Origin: a virus
Lineage: Duplodnaviria > Caudoviricetes
Virus record (IMG/VR): IMGVR_UViG_3300027987_000471
Coordinates: 1-51,307 of that record
Reading direction: 5' to 3' (one strand)
Length of the DNA: 51,307 nucleotides
In this document: piece after piece, positions 19,545-28,779 of the stretch
Position numbering within the stretch: the stretch's first letter is position 1
How the letters are laid out: every line of letters begins with the position of its first letter
The notes under the pieces: model-generated
The model's database searches: none
What the model was told of the DNA's origin: nothing
The model's input: only the letters and a program-made list of their open reading frames with translations
Made by a program: the position numbers and the translations under genes

Positions 19545-20140
19545 TTTTTCCTCGGCAATCTGAAGCTAGTGTCTTGGTAGATTTTGATTCCCGGTATATT
19601 AAGCTTACTCGGATCTACTGCGTTTTTTATAGCAATCTTAACAGCACTAATATCGACGCATAAGTATTCTCTAGGAACAGCGTCAAAATCAGAAACCTCC
19701 CAAGCCCAGCAGGGTGTTAACGTGACTTCTTGTTTGACATCAGCTTCGGCTAATAGTTCGGTTTTTTCAAAATTTCCTTCCTCTATAGCTTTTCTTTTAG
19801 CCTCCTCTTGCGCCGCTGTCCATGCGTGAACCTTATTTTTAGCTATGTTTTTAGCGTTGAATAAGGTTTTAAGCAGCGGCTTAAACAGCTCATCGATTGC
19901 TTTTTTAGCTTCTGCGTAGGGCCTCCCAAGCTCTAACCGCGCATTGTCATATTCTTTATGTTTTTCATGCACTTCTTGAGCTAACTCCAGCGCTAAGGCT
20001 GAAGTATCCTCGTCTGTTATCTTGAATTCGTCTAGAAGCTTAAGATAATCTTTCGCTTCTATTACCGCTTCGGCGATTATGCTTTGTGTCGAAGCTAAAA
20101 TAATTTCTGAATCAGTCAACTTTCCATTCTCCTTTCTCAA
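19541..20140 (-). CDS. Conserved phage coiled-coil protein
   Basis: Long coiled coil ending in W.WEV.D...VPREYL.VD...IPGI.IY, a pattern common in phage recombination modules. Confidence 0.6.
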   Translation of the reverse strand: MRKENGKLTDSEIILASTQSIIAEAVIEAKDYLKLLDEFKITDEDTSALALELAQEVHEKHKEYDNARLELGRPYAEAKKAIDELFKPLLKTLFNAKNIAKNKVHAWTAAQEEAKRKAIEEGNFEKTELLAEADVKQEVTLTPCWAWEVSDFDAVPREYLCVDISAVKIAIKNAVDPSKLNIPGIKIYQDTSFRLPRKK

Positions 20141-20387
20141 CTAAATCTGATGGGTCGAAATACGAAGAAAGCGAATCTATGATGTCTTTTTTGCTCATAG
20201 TAGATAGAAGATCATTCAGTTTTATCTCGTTGATACCTGGAGTTATCTCTATATACTCTTCGATAGCTTCCAGGAAAATGCGCTCTAAATCAGTTGGGTT
20301 TTTTCCTGCCATCCGCTTACCAAGTTGCGTATAATAATCCCATACACGAGGAATGCTCAAATGGCAGTTGAATTTATCGCTTTTCAT
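20112..20387 (-). CDS. Hypothetical protein, possibly ribbon-helix-helix DNA binding
   Basis: Coupled to neighbours; beta strand followed by two helices (..IFLEAIEEYI). Confidence 0.4.
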   Translation of the reverse strand: MKSDKFNCHLSIPRVWDYYTQLGKRMAGKNPTDLERIFLEAIEEYIEITPGINEIKLNDLLSTMSKKDIIDSLSSYFDPSDLVEKGEWKVD

Positions 20388-20839
20388 ATTCTTTTTCCTG
20401 TGGCTCCGTACAGCGCTAAACCGTACGCGTCGATGACATGATCGCTAAGCCCTGAAGGCAGCATCATCATTTTTGCTACTCTGTCATTATGTATTTTTTT
20501 CTTTACGGCTCCTTTCCATTGGAGAGGTGTTACCGTTGCTATTCTGGTTACCTCTCCTATTTTACCGGCAATCAGTCCTGTGAAATAAGATAAAGACATA
20601 ATGTCTTCTATTCTACAAGGGCTATTAGCTCTGAACTGAGGCTTTTCTATAATAACTTTTTCCGAGTAGCTAAACTCCTTACTCTCTAGACACATCAAAA
20701 CTCTGTTAGCGTGGCTTTCCTCACTTTCGCCTTTTTTTCTTATTATTTCTGCCCAATTATTTATCTCAATGAGGCCTTTGTTATTATCGATCCTTGCTAT
20801 GCCGGTGTGTTTTCCCGGATCAATACCTATAATATACAT
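20384..20839 (-). CDS. RuvC-like Holliday junction resolvase
   Basis: IIGIDPGKHTG, IIEKP, P..WKG...K and DH..DA.GLA motifs. Confidence 0.88.
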   Translation of the reverse strand: MYIIGIDPGKHTGIARIDNNKGLIEINNWAEIIRKKGESEESHANRVLMCLESKEFSYSEKVIIEKPQFRANSPCRIEDIMSLSYFTGLIAGKIGEVTRIATVTPLQWKGAVKKKIHNDRVAKMMMLPSGLSDHVIDAYGLALYGATGKRI

Positions 20840-20840
20840 T

Positions 20841-22721
20841 CTATACCTCTGGATTCCATATTTTCAATCTACCGTTAGAGTCCAAAATTCTTTTTGCTTT
20901 TTTTGACCATACCGACGACGCAACAGCTTCCGCGTCTGTTGGGTAATCTGGGCACATTTTATTGAATTGTTCGGAGAATATTCTATTCAAATCTTCTCCA
21001 CATTGGTGAATATCTGATTGAATAGGGACTTCTAACAGCAGCTCATCGTGAATCAAATTTACAGGCCTAGCTCCTAACAGCGCTCCGTCTCCTGCATAGC
21101 ATTCTCTAGTGATTGCGCGTGTTCCTGCTAAACAACCAGCAGCTGCCGACGCTTGGAATCTATGATTCGCCAGCACCGTAAACTCCGCTACGGTGCGAAG
21201 CATTCCAGTCCTGGCCAGCTCAATTTGAACTTTAGATCCTCTAGGGCCTGCTTCTGTTTTGCAGTATTCTAAATATTCTTCCATCTCAGATAGAGCTTTA
21301 AGCCAGGCTTTCCGCGTAGTATCTATTTCTTCATAAGTCCAAACTCTACCGGTATTTCTAATTTGCGTCAACCTGAACGTGTTATGCATCATTCCACCGG
21401 GAAAACCGAAATTAGCCGCTTTAGCATTTTGGCGCGCTTTAATAACATGCGGATCATCTTCTTCGTATAAACCTTTAGCCTCTTCGAAGCCTATCCCTAA
21501 AAGAACAGAACCGACGTATAGGTGTACGTCGACGCCTTCGTTAAGCAGCTCGCCTAGGACAGAATAGCCTAAAATATCTTTACATGTTTGAGCTAGAGTA
21601 TGAAGCTCCGCACCAGATATATCAGAGATTAAGAAGTAATGGCCTTCTCTAGGCTTATAAGTTTCTCGAATGCCTCCCTTCGTAGGAGCATTTTGCAGAT
21701 TAGTCCCTTCAAGCGGTTTACGCGGCGCGGCCGAGGTGGTTCTTCCGGTAGCCGCAATGCTGAAACGCGTTGTTATAGGAGCGTCATAGCCCAGCTCCAG
21801 CACTTTTATGTAAGTGCTAAGCATCTTTTCCGCGGTTATGTATTTAGCTCTTTTAAGCATCAATTCGTCGCCGCAAAGAATACATGCGACTATATCAGTG
21901 GAGGTCGCTTTGGCTTCAGTGGTAGGAATAGGTATCCCTTTTTCGTTACACGCTTTTTCGATTCTATCTCGAGCAGGCTTTACTTTTTTCTCAAAACTCC
22001 CATTTCTTTTTTTGATAACAAGACCGCTAGAGATCAGTTCAGGAAGCAGCTCATTCATCTGAGCTTCAAACCGAGCTTTGCATTCCTCTACTTTTTTTCT
22101 ATCTGTAATCATCCCTCTTGCTGTCATCAAAGTGAGGCAAAAAGATGAATACGCAAAATAAAATTCTCCTACAATTTGATCCTGCCCCGATAGCTGTTCA
22201 ACAAAAATTCTATGCGTTATTGTGGCATCCTGCTTCGCATACTCGATAGCATCTTGAGGCCATTTAGCTATCGGTGTATTGATCAATTCGCCGTAACGAA
22301 ACCTCCAACCGTCCGACTTGCCCCACATGCGTAAATCAAGGACAAGCTCAGCCAAATCTTTAAGAGAATATTCTTTTACCGCATCGCTATACAACGCTCT
22401 GCCAACGGCTATGTCCCAAAGCTTCTGCCTTATACCAACATCAGTGATAAGACCTTTTTCGTATTTTTCAAAAATATAAGGCAGAAGCTCGGGCCAAGTT
22501 GCCGCTACAGTTCCGGCATCATAAGCGAAGTTAAGGCCGATAAGCACGACATCATCATTAGTAAGCTGCTCATGCCACCACGCCGCAAGATAATCACTAT
22601 GGCGAAGTACTTCTGAAGTTTCTCCGTCATCAGAGAATGCGGTGCATACAACTTTAGGCAGTGGGCGTTTTCTTGTTATAAGAAACGTTTCATTATCTGC
22701 GGCACGGTATATTTTAGGCAT
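20841..22721 (-). CDS. Family A DNA polymerase with 3'-5' exonuclease
   Basis: Exo motifs DNET, NFAYD, YAKQDA; TGRT and NLQN; motif A DISGAEL, motif B RQNAKAANFG, motif C IHDEL. Confidence 0.95.
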   Translation of the reverse strand: MPKIYRAADNETFLITRKRPLPKVVCTAFSDDGETSEVLRHSDYLAAWWHEQLTNDDVVLIGLNFAYDAGTVAATWPELLPYIFEKYEKGLITDVGIRQKLWDIAVGRALYSDAVKEYSLKDLAELVLDLRMWGKSDGWRFRYGELINTPIAKWPQDAIEYAKQDATITHRIFVEQLSGQDQIVGEFYFAYSSFCLTLMTARGMITDRKKVEECKARFEAQMNELLPELISSGLVIKKRNGSFEKKVKPARDRIEKACNEKGIPIPTTEAKATSTDIVACILCGDELMLKRAKYITAEKMLSTYIKVLELGYDAPITTRFSIAATGRTTSAAPRKPLEGTNLQNAPTKGGIRETYKPREGHYFLISDISGAELHTLAQTCKDILGYSVLGELLNEGVDVHLYVGSVLLGIGFEEAKGLYEEDDPHVIKARQNAKAANFGFPGGMMHNTFRLTQIRNTGRVWTYEEIDTTRKAWLKALSEMEEYLEYCKTEAGPRGSKVQIELARTGMLRTVAEFTVLANHRFQASAAAGCLAGTRAITRECYAGDGALLGARPVNLIHDELLLEVPIQSDIHQCGEDLNRIFSEQFNKMCPDYPTDAEAVASSVWSKKAKRILDSNGRLKIWNPEV

Positions 22722-22739
22722 TGTTTTTCTCTTTAAAGG

Positions 22740-23093
22740 TTAGACACCAAGAACAGCTTTTACAACCAATGTGAACAATGTGTCTTTTCTGCGTTGATCC
22801 ACAGGCAATTTATAATAGTCTACTATACAAGGGTGCTCTTTTTTATCCGGATCTTTGATAGGACCGTATTTCCAACCGGTTTCTATTTTCTCTTTTAACC
22901 AGTTGTCGTGAGACGCTCTCGGCGGCTGATCAGGATTCGCCAAAATAGCCTTAGCACCGTTAAAAGCGCTTTCTTTTTGCCAAGCTGGAGCATCTTCCCA
23001 TTCAGGCTGAGAGTCATCTCCAAGCGCCATACAATAAATTCTGTTTACTTCATGCGCAGTTCTGGCGGCTCTGATCACTCTTTCTTTGTCCAT
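22740..23093 (-). CDS. RyR-domain protein
   Basis: SH.NW..EK...GWKYGP.KD..KKEHPC.V.Y..LP..Q..KD motif. Confidence 0.85.
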   Translation of the reverse strand: MDKERVIRAARTAHEVNRIYCMALGDDSQPEWEDAPAWQKESAFNGAKAILANPDQPPRASHDNWLKEKIETGWKYGPIKDPDKKEHPCIVDYYKLPVDQRRKDTLFTLVVKAVLGV

Positions 23094-23103
23094 AATTTCC
23101 TCC

Positions 23104-23175
23104 TTAGTACGCTATGCAGCCTAATAACCAACAGTATCTAGTATAATAGAAACGGCATTTTAAGCACGGATCCAT
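23104..23175 (-). CDS. 23-aa Cys-rich micro-ORF (MDPCLKCRFYYTRYCWLLGCIAY), not in the ORF track
   Basis: Fills the gap exactly: starts 1 nt after the upstream stop, and its TAA overlaps the next gene's TAAGGAGG. Confidence 0.45.
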   Translation of the reverse strand: MDPCLKCRFYYTRYCWLLGCIAY

Positions 23176-23176
23176 A

Positions 23177-23665
23177 TTAGATAAGCCCAACTTTTTTCAA
23201 ATATTCGTCGCTGGGTTGCGGAGCCCAACGGTGCGCTGTAAACGGTTTATTCTCTTTCGTAGTAGTTGTGTAGCACGATAGCTTCAGAATACTGTCCTTC
23301 AATGCATTGTTTTCGATAGCCTCTGTCGCCATTTCGTCCCACTCTTCGTCGGAGAACGCTTTGGTGTCCTCCACACCGGCGATAGCGCATAGAAAACCCA
23401 TCCAGTTCTTTAAAGACATCGTCGTCTTTGTCTTGTCTCCACTCAGATTCAGCACTTGTGAAGCAATTGAATTTACCGGCGGCGCATCTTCTTCGTTACT
23501 CTCTGCATAGAGTACTTCAGCTTCGATAATAATCGAGTCGCCTTTGTATCCTTCGCGTACCATCTTTGTGTTTTCTATCCTGACTACGTATTCTCCCTCT
23601 TTGAAGTATCGTCCGCTGCCGACTAATCCTACTTGACTCAGTTGATAATTTTTAAAGATTCCCAT
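23177..23665 (-). CDS. Putative single-stranded DNA-binding protein
   Basis: YF..GEY.VRI beta start, OB-fold-like size, located between helicase and polymerase. Confidence 0.45.
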   Translation of the reverse strand: MGIFKNYQLSQVGLVGSGRYFKEGEYVVRIENTKMVREGYKGDSIIIEAEVLYAESNEEDAPPVNSIASQVLNLSGDKTKTTMSLKNWMGFLCAIAGVEDTKAFSDEEWDEMATEAIENNALKDSILKLSCYTTTTKENKPFTAHRWAPQPSDEYLKKVGLI

Positions 23666-25295
23666 TATAGCCTCCTGCTATGTCTGCCATAAGCAGCTTT
23701 TGTTTTTGAGCGGTTGTGCTCTGTATATATTTTGCATCTCTGTAAGCTTTATTAAAGTCATCAAAAGCTAAGTTCAATGTAGATAAAATGTTTATTTCGA
23801 CAACATCGGCGTCTTGACCTGATCGATGAGTTCTGCCTATGAGCTGTTCCCAAGTTCGGCCGTTTGCCGGTGGAGATAAAATAAAATTTCGGCACCATTG
23901 CTGCAGATTAAAACCTTCTGAAATAGCTCCGATGGACGCCGCGATTGTTTTATCTCGCGGTTGAAGGCTGATAGGCAAGTGCCCGTTGATCAGCCGTCCT
24001 TGTGAGCCAAATGTTGGCATAACGGTGCTCAACACCTCACCTATTGCTTTGTGTTTATACCACACAATCATGGGCTTGCCTTTACTCTCATCTGCTAGAG
24101 CTAATTCCGCTGCGCTTTCTATAACCGACCAATCAAACCAGATCGGGACTGTTTCCGGTATAAAATCTTTTTCTACTGCTTTCCAGTTTTTTATCTCCGC
24201 ATTACCGGCAAAAGCTTCGTCTATTTGAGAAGGAGTGTCGTATTTTCTAGAATATTTAAGCTTTTCTCTAATAAATTTTCCGTAAATAGATCTTGCTTCG
24301 GCCCAATAATCCGGTGGAGGCTCTTTCCACACATAATAAAAGCCAAGCGCTATCTCTCGAGCATGCCTATAAAATTCGGGCCCTGTGCAAACAAAATCAC
24401 CGTTGGGCAGTTGCCAATAATTTTCAAGATGAAACCATGCTCGAGAGATAGCCTCGCTTTCTGCATCAACAAAACTTAAGACTATTGAAGAGCCTATGTC
24501 GACGCTATCTGCCAAAATTACACCGGGAACTTGCCTTATAAAATTGCCGTAGCCTTTTCTGGCCTCTTCTAGTGTCTCACCAAAATATTCTAGTGCACCT
24601 AAATCAGCGCGCACAGGCGGATTAACATCTAGTGCTTGGCACCAAAGCTCTGCCTCTTTGTAGTCGTCAGGAAGTATACCACCTCTGGGGGGTAACGCTA
24701 TGAGCTGCATGTGCCAATAGTCGTAAAACGAACGTGTAGCAACGGTGCCGGACAACGGGACAAATCGGCAAGTTCCCGCTGTGCGCCAATACCTAATAAC
24801 TCTTCGAGTGCAGCCGGCAGATCTATTTTTAAGATTATGCGCTTCATCGGCGACTATCAGATCAGGACCTAGCTCGTTAATAAAATCTGGGTGAGTAGAT
24901 ACATACTCATAGCTAGCAATTGTATAATCTGTATGTTCTATCCAGTGCTTTTTAAGGTTTTCGAAGTCATAGAAAGTTTTATCTCGCAGCGCGCCCGGAA
25001 CCAAAAGCAAAGCTTTTTTAGAATTCATTACGGTAGGCAATAAAAAAGTGACGATGGTTTTTCCTTGACCAACAGGCAACCCGCAAAAGATGCCGTCCAG
25101 CATAGCCGCCTCGTAAAGAGCAAGTGCTTGAAGCGGCCATAGCACCATTTCGCCTTGATCTGTTTTCAGAATGGAGGTAACTTGATTGACCAGATCACAG
25201 CCTAGTTGATCAGGATCTCTTTGAGGCAGCGCTATTATGCGCTTAAAATGATAGCCTGCCAAAGGCCCCGGGCGCGTGGAGAAATTCAATTTCAC
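23652..25295 (-). CDS. Superfamily 2 DNA helicase
   Basis: GQGKT, DEAH, SGT, EGFNLQ and QLIGRTHRSGQ motifs. Confidence 0.93.
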   Translation of the reverse strand: MKLNFSTRPGPLAGYHFKRIIALPQRDPDQLGCDLVNQVTSILKTDQGEMVLWPLQALALYEAAMLDGIFCGLPVGQGKTIVTFLLPTVMNSKKALLLVPGALRDKTFYDFENLKKHWIEHTDYTIASYEYVSTHPDFINELGPDLIVADEAHNLKNRSAGCTRRVIRYWRTAGTCRFVPLSGTVATRSFYDYWHMQLIALPPRGGILPDDYKEAELWCQALDVNPPVRADLGALEYFGETLEEARKGYGNFIRQVPGVILADSVDIGSSIVLSFVDAESEAISRAWFHLENYWQLPNGDFVCTGPEFYRHAREIALGFYYVWKEPPPDYWAEARSIYGKFIREKLKYSRKYDTPSQIDEAFAGNAEIKNWKAVEKDFIPETVPIWFDWSVIESAAELALADESKGKPMIVWYKHKAIGEVLSTVMPTFGSQGRLINGHLPISLQPRDKTIAASIGAISEGFNLQQWCRNFILSPPANGRTWEQLIGRTHRSGQDADVVEINILSTLNLAFDDFNKAYRDAKYIQSTTAQKQKLLMADIAGGYNGNL

Positions 25296-26554
25296 CGAAT
25301 AGCCTCTCTAATGACGTTGGCCGCTTTGTTGATCAAATCTTGATCACACGCGGTAGTTGAGGCCACGCCCGTAAGAAAGCCCAGTGCCGCCGAAACCTCA
25401 CTGTCGCCAGAGTAATCGGCTTCGTCAGTAGCATCTGAGGAGACAGACGACGAAGGTTGCGGTTTAACCGCACGTCCTTTTTTTGTAGATCCTTTTGGGC
25501 GACCTCTTCTGCCGGAAGTTTCTTTTTCAAGAGCATCGGCCTCTTTTTTCGCCGTTTCCGGTGTTTGCGGCTCTTCTGATGCTGACTCGGGAGGATTCAC
25601 CGATTGAGATGCTTTGATCCTGTCCATCAATGAGCCTTTTTTTGTTTCCGCTTCCGGCTGCTCCTCAGGCATTTTCTGATCGTCCACGACCTTTCCTTGT
25701 TTCTGCGATGCAGCGGCTGCCCGCATTCTATCCAATACTGAATTTCCGTTTGACATATAGCCAACTATCCTTTCTGCGTTTGTCAAATTACAAACACTTT
25801 TTAGTCCACACCCTAAAAACAAGTCACAAGAATGTGGGTCCGGTGGTAAATCAAGTGCTTTTAAATTATTCCTTTTTATTTCTGCCATAAGCTTTATAAC
25901 AGGAAGTAACTTTTCTTCAAAATCATTTTTTATTTTATCGTATTCGCAAAGTTGCCCGCCCACTGAATAAGACCCAGATTTTTTATATTTGGTGCTAGCG
26001 TAATTTAGCCAAAATCGCGCGCCGGCTCCTTTTGAATTGAAAGCGATAGGTGCGCAAAATTTATATAATATACTTTGCGTATCGTCTTCTAAATCGTCTG
26101 CCTTCTTCCCCCATTTCGCAGGATCCGAAGAAGTTTTGTGATCCACAATATTGACACCGTCGTAGACCCACGCAACATCGAAGATACCCGTAAGATTTAC
26201 GTCGGCGGGTAAATCTAAATTATAATATTTTTTAACTTGATAAGGTGTGACATTGAATTTAAGCTCAAACTGCGCGTTATACTTCCAGAGGTAATCTATG
26301 TTTATTATCCTATTCAGGCCATAGATCAACTCTATAGCTATTTTTCCGGGGTAATAATCTTTATCCTCATAACTCCAAACACGAGATGCGTCAGGCAGCT
26401 TCCCACTTTTTAAATATCTATCGACGTCTGAGTGGCATTCGCTTCCCAGCGCAGTGGCGCGGCTGTCTGCACCTGGAAGTCTATCAAGATAGCGCCAACC
26501 CCAAATACGTTGGCACATCAGAAACCCATTTATCTGTGAAGCTGAAATATGCAT
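25292..26554 (-). CDS. PD-(D/E)XK Cas4-like exonuclease with acidic / AT-hook C-terminal tail
   Basis: SASQ....C, G...H, E, GIFD, DHKT, Q...Y and C-terminal C..C..C motifs; tail contains RRGRPKG. Confidence 0.85.
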   Translation of the reverse strand: MHISASQINGFLMCQRIWGWRYLDRLPGADSRATALGSECHSDVDRYLKSGKLPDASRVWSYEDKDYYPGKIAIELIYGLNRIINIDYLWKYNAQFELKFNVTPYQVKKYYNLDLPADVNLTGIFDVAWVYDGVNIVDHKTSSDPAKWGKKADDLEDDTQSILYKFCAPIAFNSKGAGARFWLNYASTKYKKSGSYSVGGQLCEYDKIKNDFEEKLLPVIKLMAEIKRNNLKALDLPPDPHSCDLFLGCGLKSVCNLTNAERIVGYMSNGNSVLDRMRAAAASQKQGKVVDDQKMPEEQPEAETKKGSLMDRIKASQSVNPPESASEEPQTPETAKKEADALEKETSGRRGRPKGSTKKGRAVKPQPSSSVSSDATDEADYSGDSEVSAALGFLTGVASTTACDQDLINKAANVIREAIR

Positions 26555-26562
26555 GCTGTCTC

Positions 26563-26591
26563 TATTTAAATCTGATTTTTATCCGAGTCAA
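26563..26591 (-). promoter_or_regulatory. Sigma70-type promoter with operator copy
   Basis: TTGACT-17-TAAATA; operator TAAATC-T-GATTTT at 26567-26579. Confidence 0.65.
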
Positions 26592-26808
26592 CCCCCAAAG
26601 AATCGAAAATCCTCTCTACAAACTCTTTATCTACAGTCCATAATCTATTTTTATAATCTTTGACCATATAAAAATCATAAAAACAATCTTTTACTACTCG
26701 AACAGGTCTAGACAAAACATCTTCGACAAAACCTTTAGCTATGCCAATATCCTCAAGTTGATCTGGTGTCGCTTTTACGTTAGCCCAAAATGGCTTTAAC
26801 TTTGTCAT
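26566..26808 (-). CDS. Hypothetical protein
   Basis: ATGA-coupled ORF within the operon. Confidence 0.6.
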   Translation of the reverse strand: MTKLKPFWANVKATPDQLEDIGIAKGFVEDVLSRPVRVVKDCFYDFYMVKDYKNRLWTVDKEFVERIFDSLGVDSDKNQI

Positions 26809-27185
26809 ACAAAAAATCTCCTAAAACTCTCTTCGAAATACGAAATAGTCTGTTTAACTCCATTCGGCGAGCCGATAGCGTTGACAATACCCTCTTGAAG
26901 TTTTCTGCATCCGTCGCATAAAGTGCCTACGTTAGTAGTGCCCTTTCCGCAGGCCGGACATTTAGATACTTCACTGAACGCTTTTTCCACGTCTTCTTTT
27001 TTGACCTCCCAAAGCGCACCTTCTACTGCTTGCCGATACACCGAATTCATCAGAAACAAAGCGCCTCGACCGTATTCGGTTTCCGCTATGGCGACCAAAG
27101 AAGCGGTTTTTGGGATGAAAACTCCTTCTATGCTTGCGTCAGCTTCGCGCCGAAGCTCTCTTGAGTTTATCAGAATTATCCGCAT
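26805..27185 (-). CDS. Hypothetical protein with Zn-ribbon (CPAC...CDGC)
   Basis: Two CxxC pairs; in operon. Confidence 0.6.
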   Translation of the reverse strand: MRIILINSRELRREADASIEGVFIPKTASLVAIAETEYGRGALFLMNSVYRQAVEGALWEVKKEDVEKAFSEVSKCPACGKGTTNVGTLCDGCRKLQEGIVNAIGSPNGVKQTISYFEESFRRFFV

Positions 27186-27372
27186 CTTTCATCCTTTCGA
27201 TAAAAGCCTTTAGTATAGCCAAGTGCCAATCTTTGAGTGGCTTATCGAAGGCCTTCAGTTTCAATACGATCTTTTGCTCTGTTTCGGTAATCTCCAAACA
27301 GCCAAAAAGATACGCGTCTATTATAGCCTGACATATTTTTCTCTGCACACCTATAATTTCCACTTTCGTCAT
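27139..27372 (-). CDS. Hypothetical protein
   Basis: GGGGGAG RBS upstream of ATG. Confidence 0.6.
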   Translation of the reverse strand: MTKVEIIGVQRKICQAIIDAYLFGCLEITETEQKIVLKLKAFDKPLKDWHLAILKAFIERMKDADNSDKLKRASARS

Positions 27373-27443
27373 TTTACTCCCCCTCTTTAAAAGACTCCTT
27401 ATGGGCGGCGCCTAAATTAATAGATTCCGCCGAAAGAAGCCTT

Positions 27444-27605
27444 TTATTTTACCTCAAGCCCCTTTCCGAGGGCTTTCGCCGCAAGCACACCAAGCTCGTT
27501 TCTGTCGTCTGCGGTCAGCTCGCGCATCTCGTTCATCGTGACCGGCCTGCCACCGTCTGCTTCGAAAAACTCTTTGATAGCTTTGATTTTGGTGATTTTT
27601 TCCAT
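27444..27605 (-). CDS. Hypothetical 53-aa protein
   Basis: Start reassigned to the ATG at 27605 after GAAAGGAAAG. Confidence 0.65.
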   Translation of the reverse strand: MEKITKIKAIKEFFEADGGRPVTMNEMRELTADDRNELGVLAAKALGKGLEVK

Positions 27606-27683
27606 TTTGCTTTCCTTTCGTTTTGACCGAAATTGGCCGCCAATGAGCGCCGCCACAAAAGTGATGACGCCGATGGTGGTCAA

Positions 27684-27887
27684 TTAAAGCCAAGACAATC
27701 TTGGATTTGGTCCACCATAATGGCACGCGATGAAGTTGCCATCCTTCAAGACGTCAACTTGGATCGCGTTTTTCGCCTCTGACGTGCAAAACCGTGCAAA
27801 CGCACACGCTTCCTTTTTGTTGGAAAAATACGTCCGCGTGCGAAGTCTCGGATTTTGTGGGCTGTAAATTACTTCGTATGTGCTCAT
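27684..27887 (-). CDS. Hypothetical 67-aa protein
   Basis: Start reassigned to the ATG at 27887 after the same GAAAGGAAAG leader. Confidence 0.6.
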   Translation of the reverse strand: MSTYEVIYSPQNPRLRTRTYFSNKKEACAFARFCTSEAKNAIQVDVLKDGNFIACHYGGPNPRLSWL

Positions 27888-27943
27888 TTTACTTTCCTTT
27901 CGCTTCGTCACTGGATGTTTGAGACAGCCTATATTTCGCTATT

Positions 27944-28210
27944 TTAATCATATAGAAAGACGATAATGAATTGGTTGCCTTCTCTATCATAATTATCATC
28001 GTCCCACTCTACGGTATTGCCTTTTTTATCTACTATTGCCGGTGCATCAAGACTGCCACGTAAACCGCCAATTCCACTACAGCAGCAATCAGCACAGCAC
28101 AATGCTTTTTTCCATTCATGCAATCTGCGGCCTGCTATCATATTGACGCCTGTACGCAGTCTAACGCGTTTTGCTGTGCCATGAAAATTATTTCGTATTG
28201 TGCAAATCAT
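27944..28210 (-). CDS. Hypothetical Cys-cluster early protein
   Basis: ATG at 28210 after AGGAGG and a promoter; contains LCCADCCCSG. Confidence 0.65.
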   Translation of the reverse strand: MICTIRNNFHGTAKRVRLRTGVNMIAGRRLHEWKKALCCADCCCSGIGGLRGSLDAPAIVDKKGNTVEWDDDNYDREGNQFIIVFLYD

Positions 28211-28230
28211 CTCGTTACCTCCTACCAAGG

Positions 28231-28259
28231 TATTTAAATCGGATTTAAACCGCTGTCAA
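28231..28259 (-). promoter_or_regulatory. Leftward early promoter with palindromic operator
   Basis: TTGACA-17-TAAATA then AGGAGG; palindrome TTTAAATC-G-GATTTAAA at 28233-28249. Confidence 0.8.
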
Positions 28260-28295
28260 ATAAAAAACGACATGGAAAAAATTATTTTTTAGCGC

Positions 28296-28324
28296 TTGAC
28301 AGTAATCTAAATCAGATTTAAATA
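28296..28324 (+). promoter_or_regulatory. Rightward early promoter with palindromic operator
   Basis: TTGACA-17-TAAATA then AGGAGG; TAAATC-A-GATTTA at 28308-28320. Confidence 0.8.
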
Positions 28325-28344
28325 CCTCTATAGGAGGTAGCAAA

Positions 28345-28728
28345 ATGCATATAAATGGAGTAGAAATTAGACTAAATCCGAAATTCAAGGCGAGAGACAT
28401 GTTCTACGCGCTAAATCTCTCAATAGAGGCGCTGCAAGACGCTGTCAGTGAGGCAACAGGAAAAACCGGTATAGACAGCAGCGAAATAAAAATAGAGCGT
28501 TGCGAAGACCGTAGCGATTCATGGATGGAATACCTCGGAGTCAGATTGTCTAGCGACGATGAAAACCTTGTTGCTAGAACTATCAATTTTTTAGAAAAAT
28601 ACGTCAAAAAAGCTTCTGAAAAATTCTATCGAAAATTTCCGTCTGATGGCAGGCTCCGTTATGGCGTCCATAAGGTCGATCCGGAAAACGGAATTTTGCT
28701 CTATCAGAGCTTTTTAATTGACGACTAG
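28345..28728 (+). CDS. Hypothetical early protein
   Basis: Promoter and AGGAGG directly upstream. Confidence 0.75.
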   Translation: MHINGVEIRLNPKFKARDMFYALNLSIEALQDAVSEATGKTGIDSSEIKIERCEDRSDSWMEYLGVRLSSDDENLVARTINFLEKYVKKASEKFYRKFPSDGRLRYGVHKVDPENGILLYQSFLIDD

Positions 28729-28730
28729 AC

Positions 28731-28759
28731 TTGACAGCTATCTAAATCTGATTTAAATA
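28731..28759 (+). promoter_or_regulatory. Early promoter with palindromic operator
   Basis: TTGACA-17-TAAATA; TAAATC-T-GATTTA at 28743-28755; 28 bp identical to the reverse complement of 47686-47713. Confidence 0.8.
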
Positions 28760-28779
28760 ACCTAACAGGAGGTAACAAA

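Noticed and set aside
25292-26554. CRISPR-Cas locus implied by the Cas4-like gene
   Set aside because: Stand-alone Cas4-like nucleases are common in phage replication modules; no other cas genes or array are present.
27631-27685. Integron attC site
   Set aside because: It lacks the RYYYAAC / GTTRRRY boxes, and no integron integrase is present.
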